DNA from: Dimargaris cristalligena
Taxonomy: Eukaryota
Direction: 5' to 3'
Assembly: GCA_003614675.1 (NCBI GenBank)
Contig: ML002329.1
Location: forward strand, 1-41,293
Length of the DNA stretch: 41,293 bases
Shown here: positions 12,622 through 23,715 of the stretch, in pieces
Layout: each line of letters starts with the position of its first letter
Position numbering within the stretch: position 1 is the stretch's first letter
Position numbers and translations under genes: made by a program
Notes under the pieces: model-generated
The model's database searches: none
What the model saw: only the letters and a program-made list of their open reading frames with translations
What the model was told of the DNA's origin: nothing

Positions 12622-13781
12622 TTCATTTATTATTTATATTTACGGTGGCAGAGACCAAAAAGGGAAAGCGACAGCCGCAATCCTACAAGATGCAGGAAGA
12701 AAAGGGAACTAAGCGATGTGGTCCCCTGGTTTATTGTTTTTTATTCTTCCGGGTATGCGAACTGCGAAGGGGGGACATCTTACTATCCTTCTGGGGACCA
12801 ATTCATTATTGGTGACGGTTGCGGTTGTTCTCCAACGTGCAAGTCGAACCGGGAACAGAGTGGGAGAGTATCCCCTAAAAAACGCATCACACTCCTACCT
12901 ATTCTACCCAGTCCCATTTTACACGGACACTGCCTTATTGCAATCCTATTTCGGCTATTTATGATGATGAGTTAAATCTATTAAACATTCCCAGGCAGGA
13001 TCAAATCAAAACGGCCTCAATATCGGACTGTGCTGGGACGCAGTTGGCTGTGATATATGATAATATGTCCTAAAAGGAGGAAGGGTGGGCCGAGTGTTGA
13101 CCACGGCCATTTTGGCGAGGGGGAGCCAGCATAAGTGAGTGGGTACGTTAGACCCCGCAGGAGAGGCTATTACGCTCTGAATGGTGGCAAACGAAGAAGA
13201 GGACTGAAATCGTGTGGGATCAACTGGATTCGGGGTAAACTAACCGTGTTCGGCACAGTGGCTCGAATAAATGTATTAATATTTTGCACTTTTAAATTTA
13301 CAAAGCAACTACTCGGTATCCAAGGGAGGTAGAAGTAAATGGTTACCACCCGGGGAAACTCCAATGTCTCTAGTATATACCAGCCAAAACCATGTATTTA
13401 GTACTATTTTCAACAACCAGACATGGGGGGTTTGAAAGTGACTACTGCAAGAATACTTTTTTCGAGCCACTGTACTAAACCCTTCTAGTTCCCGTTGATG
13501 TAGCAAGAGGGGAGGATGGATATATCACTGCTATTGGTAAATCTATGTAACTGGAATAGGCCAACTAACTCTTGAGGAGTATACCCTTTATAGCTGGGTT
13601 GAACTACTCCCATCTTAAATTTTGGTCTCATTTGCCGAGAAGGTTCGCTCCCTCGCTTCCCTTTGTTGCTCATTTCCATTTCCATTGATTTTTCATTGCC
13701 TTTTCATCCTCATTAGTTCTTATAATTGTGTATCTGTCTTACCGTAACTCCCTACTTATCTTCCGACATTTACCACCCTCC

Positions 13782-16700
13782 ATGTCCCATCCGCAAGAGA
13801 ATTCCACGCCTGTAAGTTACAGTGGCGGTTCTAAAGGACACGATGTCACTCATAGAGGGGCTAGGCGCGTCCTCCAATTCCAGCATGATGGGCTGGCGGC
13901 ATTCCTGTACTGGGAACCCACCGCCCCCCTCTTTTGGATCTCTCGAGGCCTTCTCCATTCGAACTGCTCCCTCTAAAGTATATCGTATTCCGGGTCACGC
14001 CACGCATTCTCGTTCGGGGCGTATGGTACTAACAATTCTCTCATATAGCTGTCCCGTACGCTTCCCTCTTTTTAAACTACATTTAGACCTTGAACGAGGA
14101 TCTCTTTGGCGGTCCAGGCGGGGACGAGGCTGCTCTCAATGACCTAGGCGAATTAAGCGAGGATGGTACGTGTTTAAATAATCCGCTAATATATGTATAT
14201 AACGTCGTAGCCTTATGCTCTCGACCAATGTTGTCTTTTATATAATTACTAGGCGGATGGTATCTCCCTGGTCTTGGACTGGGATACTCGTAGGCAGAAT
14301 CTCTCTCGGGGCCTTATTTTACCGCCGCCGATAAAGCGGCATCAATTTTATTTATATTGATTGAAAGCTCAATATAATAATCTTCGTACAACTACGAGTG
14401 ATTTTCAAGGTCTAATGAAATCCTTTAAATCCTTTTCCATAATTGTAATCTAACTTAGCGGATACATACATTGTTTCACTTATTGGCTTGGTATTATCCA
14501 TTATTTCAACGTCGTAGAATTCAAGGCTGCTGCTGCCGCGGCCTCAGTTGCCGTTGCCGATGAGCCCGAAGAAAGAGTCAGACTGCCTAGTTTCCGTAAA
14601 CGTGTTTCATCGACTGATGGTGAATCGAGTAGCACCCCCCGACCGGCTCAATCGAACCCCACCGATCGACGGCAGTCACCAGGCCAAGAGTAAGTGGTGG
14701 CAGTAGCATATTTTTTATTCTCAATCCGTGCCTATTATATGCTACATACAGTTATTAATGTCGCTTTGGCTTTATTCCTTTATCTATGTTTAGATACCAT
14801 CAAAAACCCGCCAGACGTAGGACTCAGGAGTACGAGCCGCCCGTTGAAGCGCCAGCGGAGGAGGAAACCCTGACCCCTACTCAAGGTAAGAGACCCCGAC
14901 CTCTCTCCTCGTTCACCATTCATCCCAAAGTGGGAATTCGCTTGAAGCCGAAAGTTTGTTACTTGTTTCCCCCCTCGCTCCGATAACCCCATAGGCCACC
15001 CTTTAACTAGAACTAAATCGTTTCCGCTGTAATTTATATCCCGTAACTATCCATTTGATCCCTGAGAATAGCGGCCATCAAACAGGTTCGCCTCGACTTC
15101 GAAAAGGCTCTTAAGAGCGGATCTGGTCGTAGTCGTAAGAAAGATGATGTGGTAAGTAGTAGGCTTCAACCAATTTCGCGACTGCAGTACTTTCTGCTGT
15201 ATATATATATCTTGGAAACTACTTCCTTTACTGCTAATTCACCATCGCCCTTTTATCACCCCCGCAAATAATACCGCTTGAACCACCAACATCCGCTATT
15301 ATTGACCCAATCGACTGCTATACACTTTCGTACCTCTTACGCGACTTTGCCGATTTAAGGATCTGGAAGCCGAGACTGACGAAATCCTCACTAGATTAAG
15401 ACAACGAATGGGTGAAGTGGCCGATTTAGACCGCATGTACAATAGTCAGCGTAAACCAGCCATTGCGAAGATTAAGCTGCTGCCAATCGTGACCGAACAA
15501 ATCCGAAAGTAAGTGGCATCTTGTATGGCTCCAGTAGTAAATTACATTCTTGTCGGCCTTGTGGTTAAGCACTGATCCGATTAACCCCACCCTTTACTTA
15601 CCTCCCTCCCTCCCTATCTAGCGAGCTTCTTATTTACAATATTACTCTCGAAATTAATGACAAGTATATCTATTCTGACCCCATTTTTGTGCACACTACC
15701 TCTCTAAAACCCCACACTGTAATCAACAGAGTGGCGCTCTATGATTTAATGTTAGAAAACAATCTGCTCGATTCGGTTCGGCTATGGCTCGAACCCCTAG
15801 ATGACGGTTCGCTGCCGGCGTTGGATATCCAAATTGAATTGTTCGACTTTCTCCAAAAGGTAAACTGAGTGACATACCATACTGAACCCAATTGCGTATA
15901 GTAACGTGACTTGCCTTCGCTAATCTCCTCTTATAAAACGTGGATCAGGCTGTCTTGGCGCTACCAAATCTATAGTATACCACCCTTTCACTCCAATACC
16001 ATATAGTGTTCATCACGGCGTCGAATTTAAAACATTTATGCCATCTGTATATCTATCTATATACATATGTAAATATTGGATATGCCAAATAGCTTCCCAT
16101 CCAAACCCCCCACCTCCGCGAAAGTGGTATCGGTAAATTGGTCCAATTCTATGCCAAATGCGCCCGAGTTGATCCTAAAATCCAGAAGATTGCCGAAGAA
16201 CTCGTATCCAAATGGATTCGGCCCTTAATCCAGCGTAGCGCTGACTATAAGGATCGGTCCTTACGGCAAACGGCCCGAGTAGCCGATCGCGGGTAAGTCA
16301 CAACCACTAACATTGCCCAAGGGCTCTCCAACATTAGTACACCTCATAATTTAACTCATCATCTTTAAGTTTCAATGGTTATGGCAGGGTAGCGAGATGG
16401 AGGGAGTGCTATGTGATATTGGGATGACGTGGTGCTAACTATTTATTATTAACCACACTTTTTACCAATGGCATTTTTTTTTTACTCTTCCCTAACCAAA
16501 CATTAGACCGCGACCATCGCAGAAACGCCAGGTCGAAGAAGAGTAAGTTTTCTTATTAAGATATACCATATTCCCTCTGGCTCGGATTAATGACTGGGCA
16601 GAATCCATGACAGGGTTTTAAAATACAAAAATATAGCATCCCTCTATACAAACTACGAGTTGCGCGTATCCCCGCTTCACCGAAGTGCATGTCACTCATC

Positions 16701-17187
16701 TATTTTTCAATACCTTTTACTGACCCCTTTCTCCCACCTAGCTATGGGGCCGAGGACCTAACACCATCGCAGCAATCCCGGGTGCGCGTGCCCCGATACA
16801 CGGTTCCCAGTTACGATGTTATGCCGACTGCGTCACCGGAGATCCGGCATTTGGCAGGCGCTGGACGGGTAAGTGCGCTATAACTTTTCCTGTCAACGGA
16901 CTGGGGGGTTTTGTTTGTTTGTTTTTCCATCCATCTCTCTCGATCGGTGGACGTTTTCGAAATAGTAGCTCCAGTATCTACTATATATCAGCTACTCTAT
17001 TCTACAGAGTTGGTATTGCTCACGTATGTCCCTGGCGCCTATGCTAAATTGCCACGATATTAATATTTGTTTTTATTGGGATAATCGTATTCTCTTACTT
17101 TTACCATGTTCCTAGAATCAACCGGAGCATATTAAACGCCTGAAAGCCCAGATGCTCAAGAGTAAGGCGAAATCCGGTGGCCGCTAG
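13782..17187 (+). CDS. IWS1: Transcription elongation factor IWS1/Spn1, 11 exons, ~388 aa
   Basis: join(13782..13811,14087..14165,14518..14689,14794..14885,15072..15151,15360..15508,15730..15859,16093..16292,16507..16542,16742..16868,17116..17187); all GT-AG with frame preserved. Motifs KPAIAKIKLLP, LLDSVRLWLEPLDDGSLPALDIQ, HLRESGIGKLVQFY, LVSKWIRPL. Confidence 0.92.
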
Positions 17188-17928
17188 TCCAGCGTGATTT
17201 TGTCAATGTACCAACCGGCCTCTTCTTTCCCAAATTAAGGCTAACTTTTGGTCAATGGATGTCCGGCATTTAAACGAAAATAATGGATTCTATTTTACAT
17301 AAAATGTGATTATCGAACTTTATTAGAGGGAATCATCCCTCGACGCTCAGAAAATATTGGAGAACCAGACCTAGCTTGAACGGATTTTGGGAATGATTTT
17401 TGGGGCGAGGGGGGGGGTGGAGAGTGATCCAAGAATGTCTACCCCCAACACACGAGATTATTAAAGTTGGATTGATCTCATATCACTACATTCCATTTTA
17501 TAGGTGTTTGTAACTGGTTAAATATCCGAGATTTTCAATAAACGCGCTTGCTAACGGCTAAGCCCCGCATTAAGAAAGGTCTGCGATGGGATATTAATTT
17601 AAATAGGAATATAATACCGGTCGATTCCCACTTTTTCGTTGGACCGACAATAACATGATTATCAAAAATCGATTGTAATTCGATCTATAAACACGTCTTT
17701 AATATAAGCAATATATTGCAATCCTCATCATCCAAGGAGAATCGGTGTTATAAAGTCAGGTTAGCTAAAGCTCGAGATGTTCACGATAAAAATAAATAAA
17801 AATAGAATACTGGGTTTTATTTGCAAGTTGTAAGTTGAACACATAGATATTCTCCAAAGAATTAACTGGCATTGGAGGGGTGTGAGCATAAATGTACGAA
17901 GAAGGGATGATGGAGTGAGGGGAGTTCA

Positions 17929-20900
17929 TTAATTTTTCGGGGCCACTGAGTCCATAAACTCCTTAATTCGTGGAAAGTGCCGGGGCACAATTTGGTAAGC
18001 GCCCGCGGCGGCCGGTGATTTTTGAATCAGGGTTTGGCAAGCCGCGAAGAGTTCGGCGTCCGGCTCCGCCGTGTATACTGCCGCACCCGGAGTATGCATG
18101 GCTGCCGTGGCCGCTGTGCAAGCCGCATCCGCCCAGCCGGCCAACAGCCGGAAAGCATCGAGGCGATTTTCGGCGGATAAGGAATCATTGAGGTTGGAAT
18201 GAGCCGATAGGAGGCGGGTTTGCAAGAACTGACACAGCCGCAGGACCTGGAGAAAGGCGAAGCGACTTTGCGGTACGCTGGCGATTAGAAATCCGGTGAT
18301 AAGGACTTCGTGGAGGCGGCTGTGTTTGAGGATTTCCGCATACAAGGGGCGGATTTCGGATATGATGCAGCTAACGTAGGATTGGTAGAAGGCATCCACC
18401 GCTTGGGTCGACGGTGGTGAGCCCGAAAGGGAAGTGGAGGAGACGGCGTTATTGAGGTAGACTTGGAAGACGGGGAGGGCCTGCATGAGGGCATGTAGGT
18501 CCAGGCGGAGTAGGCGGTCCAGCACGTATTGCCCGAATATTTGTAGGGCGATTTCATGGGTAACTACCAACTTGCTGATTTCCTCAATCAGGGCCACGGT
18601 ATTCACCTGAGAGCGGTAGGACTCCTGCATAATCTCCTCGGCTTCCTCGTCTGACCAATAGTCGAATTGGCCAGTGACATCGTGATCGAGGGCGTTACTA
18701 AGGGCTTGATATACCTCTTTGAGACGGGCTTGATTGGCGCCAATAATCTGGGACAGATTCACCATGAAATTCTGGATAATTTCTTTGTCGATTTTATGGA
18801 CCTTAAAGTCGCGCGTTTCGATCATCAATTTGGCGCGAGTACCGAGTTTGACCATAGTGGCTGCCCAGATGAGATTTTGGTCGGCCTGGAATTAAATTAT
18901 TAGCGACGGTGGTTTAAGTATGCAGAGAAGTCAGCGTGGACGAGGGATGGTGGTTTTTAGAAGTGAATGGGTAGAATACTATTATTATTATTATTGGGGG
19001 GCGGGGCATTCACTAGCCTCGAGTAAATTCCGAATAGCCCCGATAATCATATAAATAGAACAGACGCTAAAAATAGTATCACTTAGCCCTTGGCAATACC
19101 CATTAAAACTTACCTTGGGACTAACAAAATTGGCCACGTCCTGGATTAGGATACTCAGAAGTTGAAGGGAAAAGGTTTGGCAGACGCAGTCACTATAGAG
19201 AATCATGCCGATTTCGCTATATACGGGAATTCAAAGACGGCAAACAAGGGCCTCCAAATAGAGGTTCGATAAAAATAGGGATTAGTGGGGCTAAATAGTA
19301 TGTTTTCAATCCTGCTCTTAACATTGGTACACATACTCGTGCAGAAAGGTGAAGCAATCTCATACTTACCCATACACAGGACCGTTTTGATCCACCGTGT
19401 TGAAGAATTTCTTAATGTCGTTGACACGCCGCTCATCCATGACTTGGTTGCGGAAGCAGGCGTCCAGATACCAGACCAGGAGGTAGCAGGGATCCTTGTC
19501 GTAAATCTGGGGTGTAATTGTGGCGAAGTAGACCAATTTGGGCAGACGGTTAGTTGATTAGTTGTGATAGGGGGATATAATAAAACCAGCATGGTATACT
19601 CCAACGATTCACCAATAGACAACATGAAACGACCGGGCCGACTAAAAGGCCTCTCAGGTAATGGATGCGAGGAATATTGGCCTACCTCGCGAATGTCGTT
19701 TTCGTGCATTTTCATCAGCAGGTCGAAGCGCAAATTACAGTAAGCTTTATCGCCGGTTTGTACGAACCCCTGGCGGAGCACACCCAGCACAGTGTTGTAG
19801 AGGGAAATGTTGGTGTGAATAGCACCAGCCAGGGTTACTACACTGGGGTGGTTTCGTCTGGGGGGATAACGGAGAGGCGACATAAGGGAGAACGGGGATT
19901 AGAACATGGAGGGCACGGTGTAATTTAATGACGATGACCCCCATTGAAGGGGATCCGATAATTAAGCGCTGAGGGATAGGGCCCTGCTGGTATGGATCTG
20001 GCTTTACCTTTGTTGAATGATAGAGGGTACGTCAGTGGGTCTCAACTCCCGACCCAGGGTTTTAAGGGAAGGGTCGTTACGATAAACTTCAAGCAGGGGA
20101 GTGACAAAGGCGTGGAACAGGCTGGGCTCGGTAGTCCACATATACCGCTTCACCTCAACGGGACAAACCTGGGGATCGGCCATGCGCAGCAGTGTATTAA
20201 GAAACAAGTATACGGGGGAGAGGGAGTGGTTAACGAGGGGATATGTATATGTGGTTAATGAATAGCCGAAGAGGGAGTTTGCAACAGGCTCGGAGATTCA
20301 AGCAAGAATAAGGGGAAACTTGAAGGTTTGGTCTTACGTCGAAGAGTTCGGGGAGGCTGACAATAGTCTGCGTGGCATCGGGGGTGATGCGTTCGGGCTG
20401 GGACTTTAGCAGCCGTAGAGGAATGTCCCGCAGCTGTGGAATGTGTAGATAGGGCAGGGTTTGTTCCAGGAGCTTGTCGAACCTGAATTGATTTCCCAAG
20501 AGAGGAACGTATACAACGGACAGATAGTCGGTTAAGCTTGGGTTGCGCAGAGGGGTTCGGGATAGCAGTGGATGTGGCCCGCGTCTCCGGCCGTTTCGAT
20601 AATAATCGCTAAGATACGGTAAACAACCCCCCGTTTGAATCGCCGCAAAGAGAGGCAAACAGACCATGTATTGCGCCCGTGCCTTTATCGTCCAGCTAGA
20701 AATCATATATGGAGAAGTTAGGTAACCCAATGGGAGTAAAAAACTTACTGCTCCTTGGTCAGGCCGGCCTCGATCTTGGCCATGATGGCCTTCTTGAGAG
20801 CGTCCAGACAACTGGTGTGGACCAAGCGACGTGAACAGCCGGAGGTGTCGAGAATAGGATAGGCGGCTTCGACCTGCGGCTTATGGAAGCCGAATTTCTG

Positions 20901-21005
20901 TTGAACGTCGCTAATGACGCGTTTGGGGTCGCTGACGGACAGGGCCTTTTTGATGTGGTCCCGGCCATCGGTGGCGAGGAGGTACTTAGGGGGCTGGGAA
21001 TCCAT
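17929..21005 (-). CDS. NELFB: Negative elongation factor B (COBRA1) homologue, 7 exons, ~643 aa
   Basis: complement(join(17929..18885,19114..19216,19370..19506,19686..19857,20008..20168,20338..20482,20749..21005)). Matches recalled NELF-B blocks: AAYPILDTSGCSR, CPVEVKRYMW, LYNTVLGVLRQGFVQTGDKAYCNLRFDLLMKMHE, DPCYLLVWYLDACFR, GEIGMIL. Confidence 0.88.
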
Positions 21006-21558
21006 GCGGGCCAAGGGAGTGTGAGTAGGGGTGGGGGTGGAACACGAGAATGGAAATGTACAAAGGAGTGGAAGAGGAATGCGAGAGTTGGGTGGGAGAG
21101 AGGTGCGGGTAATGGAAGAGGGGAAGGAGGAAGGGTAGGTGGACACAAAGTGATGCCATGGACTGGGTCAACGGCCAGCCAAGGAAGAGGGATGCCACCA
21201 AGTGGTAGTGGTACTACAATCAAATTGGCGGGGATGGTGGCGGTTGTCTCTTTATCCAAGGAGTGTTTGGAAAAAGGGTTATTCCCTATATATATAAATA
21301 TCTGCCGGCAGCCCGAAGATGCTCCATTCGGCGGATTTAGGCCACAAGCCGGTTAATGATGAATGAATGATTTATTGGAAGTGTTGGCTAGGCCATACTG
21401 GAACTATAATCTGGTGATTAAGAATATATACTATGGTACAAGGAAGAGAGTACTAATCGTGATTAGGAATGGATACTATGTTACATGGGGACACTATTAA
21501 ATAGGGGATCCTGAGAAAACGCCAGCGAGGAGAGTATGCCTTCGCTAGATGAACTACG

Positions 21559-21753
21559 CTACTGATAAAACCCGCTATTCTTATTAGAAGTAGTGGCCAT
21601 ACCGAACTGTTGACTGCCGACCAAACTAATTTGAAACGCGTTGGCCACTAAACCTGGTTTGGCCTTATTGTTAGGCTTAAACATTGGTGGGGCCGCGAGA
21701 ACTGGAGCGGCCAAGGCGGAGAGCAGGGCCCAGCGGATGATGGTGATGTACAT
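21559..21753 (-). CDS. Small secreted peptide, 64 aa
   Basis: Signal peptide MYITIIRWALLSALAAPVLA-AP, good start context (ACCATG), a (TA)n tract about 80-100 nt upstream, and a downstream AATAAA near 21371. Confidence 0.65.
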   Translation of the reverse strand: MYITIIRWALLSALAAPVLAAPPMFKPNNKAKPGLVANAFQISLVGSQQFGMATTSNKNSGFYQ

Positions 21754-21833
21754 GGTGAAGAGAAAGTATTGGGGAGGTAGTAGTAGCGGAGAGAAATAGG
21801 CGTAATGGTGAGAAGCAAAGCGAGGGAAGCCGG

Positions 21834-21854
21834 TATATATATATATATATATAT
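21834..21854. repeat. (TA)n microsatellite upstream of the small secreted peptide gene
   Basis: Run of TATATA... seen directly. Confidence 0.8.
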
Positions 21855-22223
21855 AATTAGATCTGTGTTCAAATCATCCAGCCCCCTCTGCCTGGGTTAT
21901 TTATAGAGCGCCCACCCAAAACCTAATGCCGGGCAGTAACAGGGGCCTCCCGCCTTTTCATTAAGACACCTGTTCTTTCTTCTCCCCGCCCGGGCCTAAA
22001 GCCCTCCAAGCCAACGAGAGGGGAGGTCCCGAGTGTAGTCGTCAAGTGACCTCCTTCCCTAGCCTTGGGGTGGGCAGGCCTTTCTCTTGCTTTTATTCGC
22101 TTATGTTTGGAATCCGCTTTGTTTAACCGGTTCCCTTGTTAAAAACTCTCTCCTCCTTGTCGTTCGCCCTCAGCCGTGCCCCTTCCCCCTCCCTCACTCT
22201 TCACCCTATACTCTATTCCCACC

Positions 22224-23715
22224 ATGGCTGACGAGCCCCCCCCCCCAGTCCGACTCCACTACTCCCCGCCCCCCCTCCCCTTCGGCTCCGGAGGGCCAGG
22301 CGCCCCCTGCGGTTGAAGCCATCCTCGATACCATGAGGGACGCCTCCTCCAACGACGATTACCAAAAGCGGCTCCAGACCCTCCTCGAGAAACTGAGCCT
22401 GAGCGGCACCAGCGTCAAAGATCTCGAACCCCGTCTGCGGGAGCATAAGTTCTGGAGCACCCAGCCCGTCCCTAAACACGGCGAAGCCATCCTGGAGGAC
22501 GGTCCCATCAAGCCCAATGTGTCCCGCGACCAGGTCCGCCAGGATCCCATCCCCCTCGCCCCGGGCTTCGAATGGGCCGAGCTGGAGCTGGGCGACGAAG
22601 CCTGCATGAAGGAACTTTACGAGCTCCTGACTTTCAATTACGTCGAGGACGACGACGCCATGTTCCGCTTCAACTACTCGTCCGCTTTTTTGCAGTGGGC
22701 CCTGCAACCCCCCGGCTGGAAGAAGCAGTGGAATATCGGCGTGCGCGTGGCCGCCTCGGGCCGCTTGGTCGCTTTTATCAGTGGTATCCCCGTTACCTTG
22801 AAAATCCGAAACCATGTCACCGATACCGTCGAAATCAACTTCATGTGCGTCCACAAGAAACTGCGTAACAAGCGTCTGGCCCCTATCCTGATTAAAGAAA
22901 TCACCCGCCGCGTCAATCTCGAAGGCATTTTCCAGGCCGTTTATACCGCCGGCGCCTTTTTACCCACCCCCCTGGCTACCTGCCGCTACTACCACCGCTC
23001 CCTGAGCCCCAAGAAATTGGTCGAGACCGGCTTCTCGTACTTACCGCCCAACTGGACCATGGCCCGCTTGGCCAAGGCCTGCAGTGTGCCCACGGAGCCC
23101 ACCCTCCCAGGCCTGCGCCCCATGACCGTTGCCGACGTCCCCGGCGTCCGTGCCCTGCTGAATGCCTTCCTCGACCGCCACTGTTTGTTCACGGCCCTCT
23201 GGCACTCCGACGAAGAGGTCCAGCACTGGCTCATGCCCGTCGACGGCGTTATCTGGTCCTATGTCGTCGAATCCCCCACCACCCCTGGTCAAATCGATGA
23301 CGTGGTTTCCTTTTATAACCTCCCTTCGTCCGTGATTAACCACCCCGTGCACAAAACCATCAACGCCGCCTACCTGTTTTACTACGCCACGCGGGCCGGC
23401 CTCGACACTCCGCCGGCGGCCGAACTGACCACCACCCCCTCCGCCGCCACCGGTGAGTCCGATGCCTCCGCCCCTCCCCAGAGCCAACCCGACGATCCCA
23501 AGCTGAAGATGGCCCTGACCAAACTTATCGAAAGTGCCCTGACCCTGGCCAAACGCAATGACTTTGACGTCTTCAACTGCTTGGCCATGAATTTCAACCA
23601 CCTCTTCATCGACGACCTCCGTTTCAAGCCCGGTGATGGTTATCTGAAGTTCTACATGTATAACTGGCGCTGCCAGCCCGTGGATCACAAGCAAGTGGGT
23701 CTGGTGATGCTTTAA
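22224..23715 (+). CDS. NMT1: Glycylpeptide N-tetradecanoyltransferase (N-myristoyltransferase), intronless
   Basis: Motifs HKFWSTQPVP, NYVEDDDAMFRFNYS, VEINFMCVHKKLRNKRLAPILIKEITRRVN, FKPGDGYLKFYMYNW and the VGLVML C-terminus. The likely ATG at 22224 is out of frame across a C11 run; the next in-frame ATG is 22333. Confidence 0.95.

Noticed and set aside
12716-12975. Cys-containing 82-85 aa ORFs downstream of CARM1
   Set aside because: No convincing signal peptide, domain or codon bias; probably 3' flank.
19203-21356. Several separate 130-230 aa ORFs
   Set aside because: Exon plus intron read-through pieces, or antisense frames, of the single NELF-B gene.
22087-22223. TTG-initiated N-terminal extension of NMT1 in the ORF track
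   Set aside because: Pyrimidine-rich promoter/5'UTR sequence with a non-ATG start; NMT1 has no such extension.
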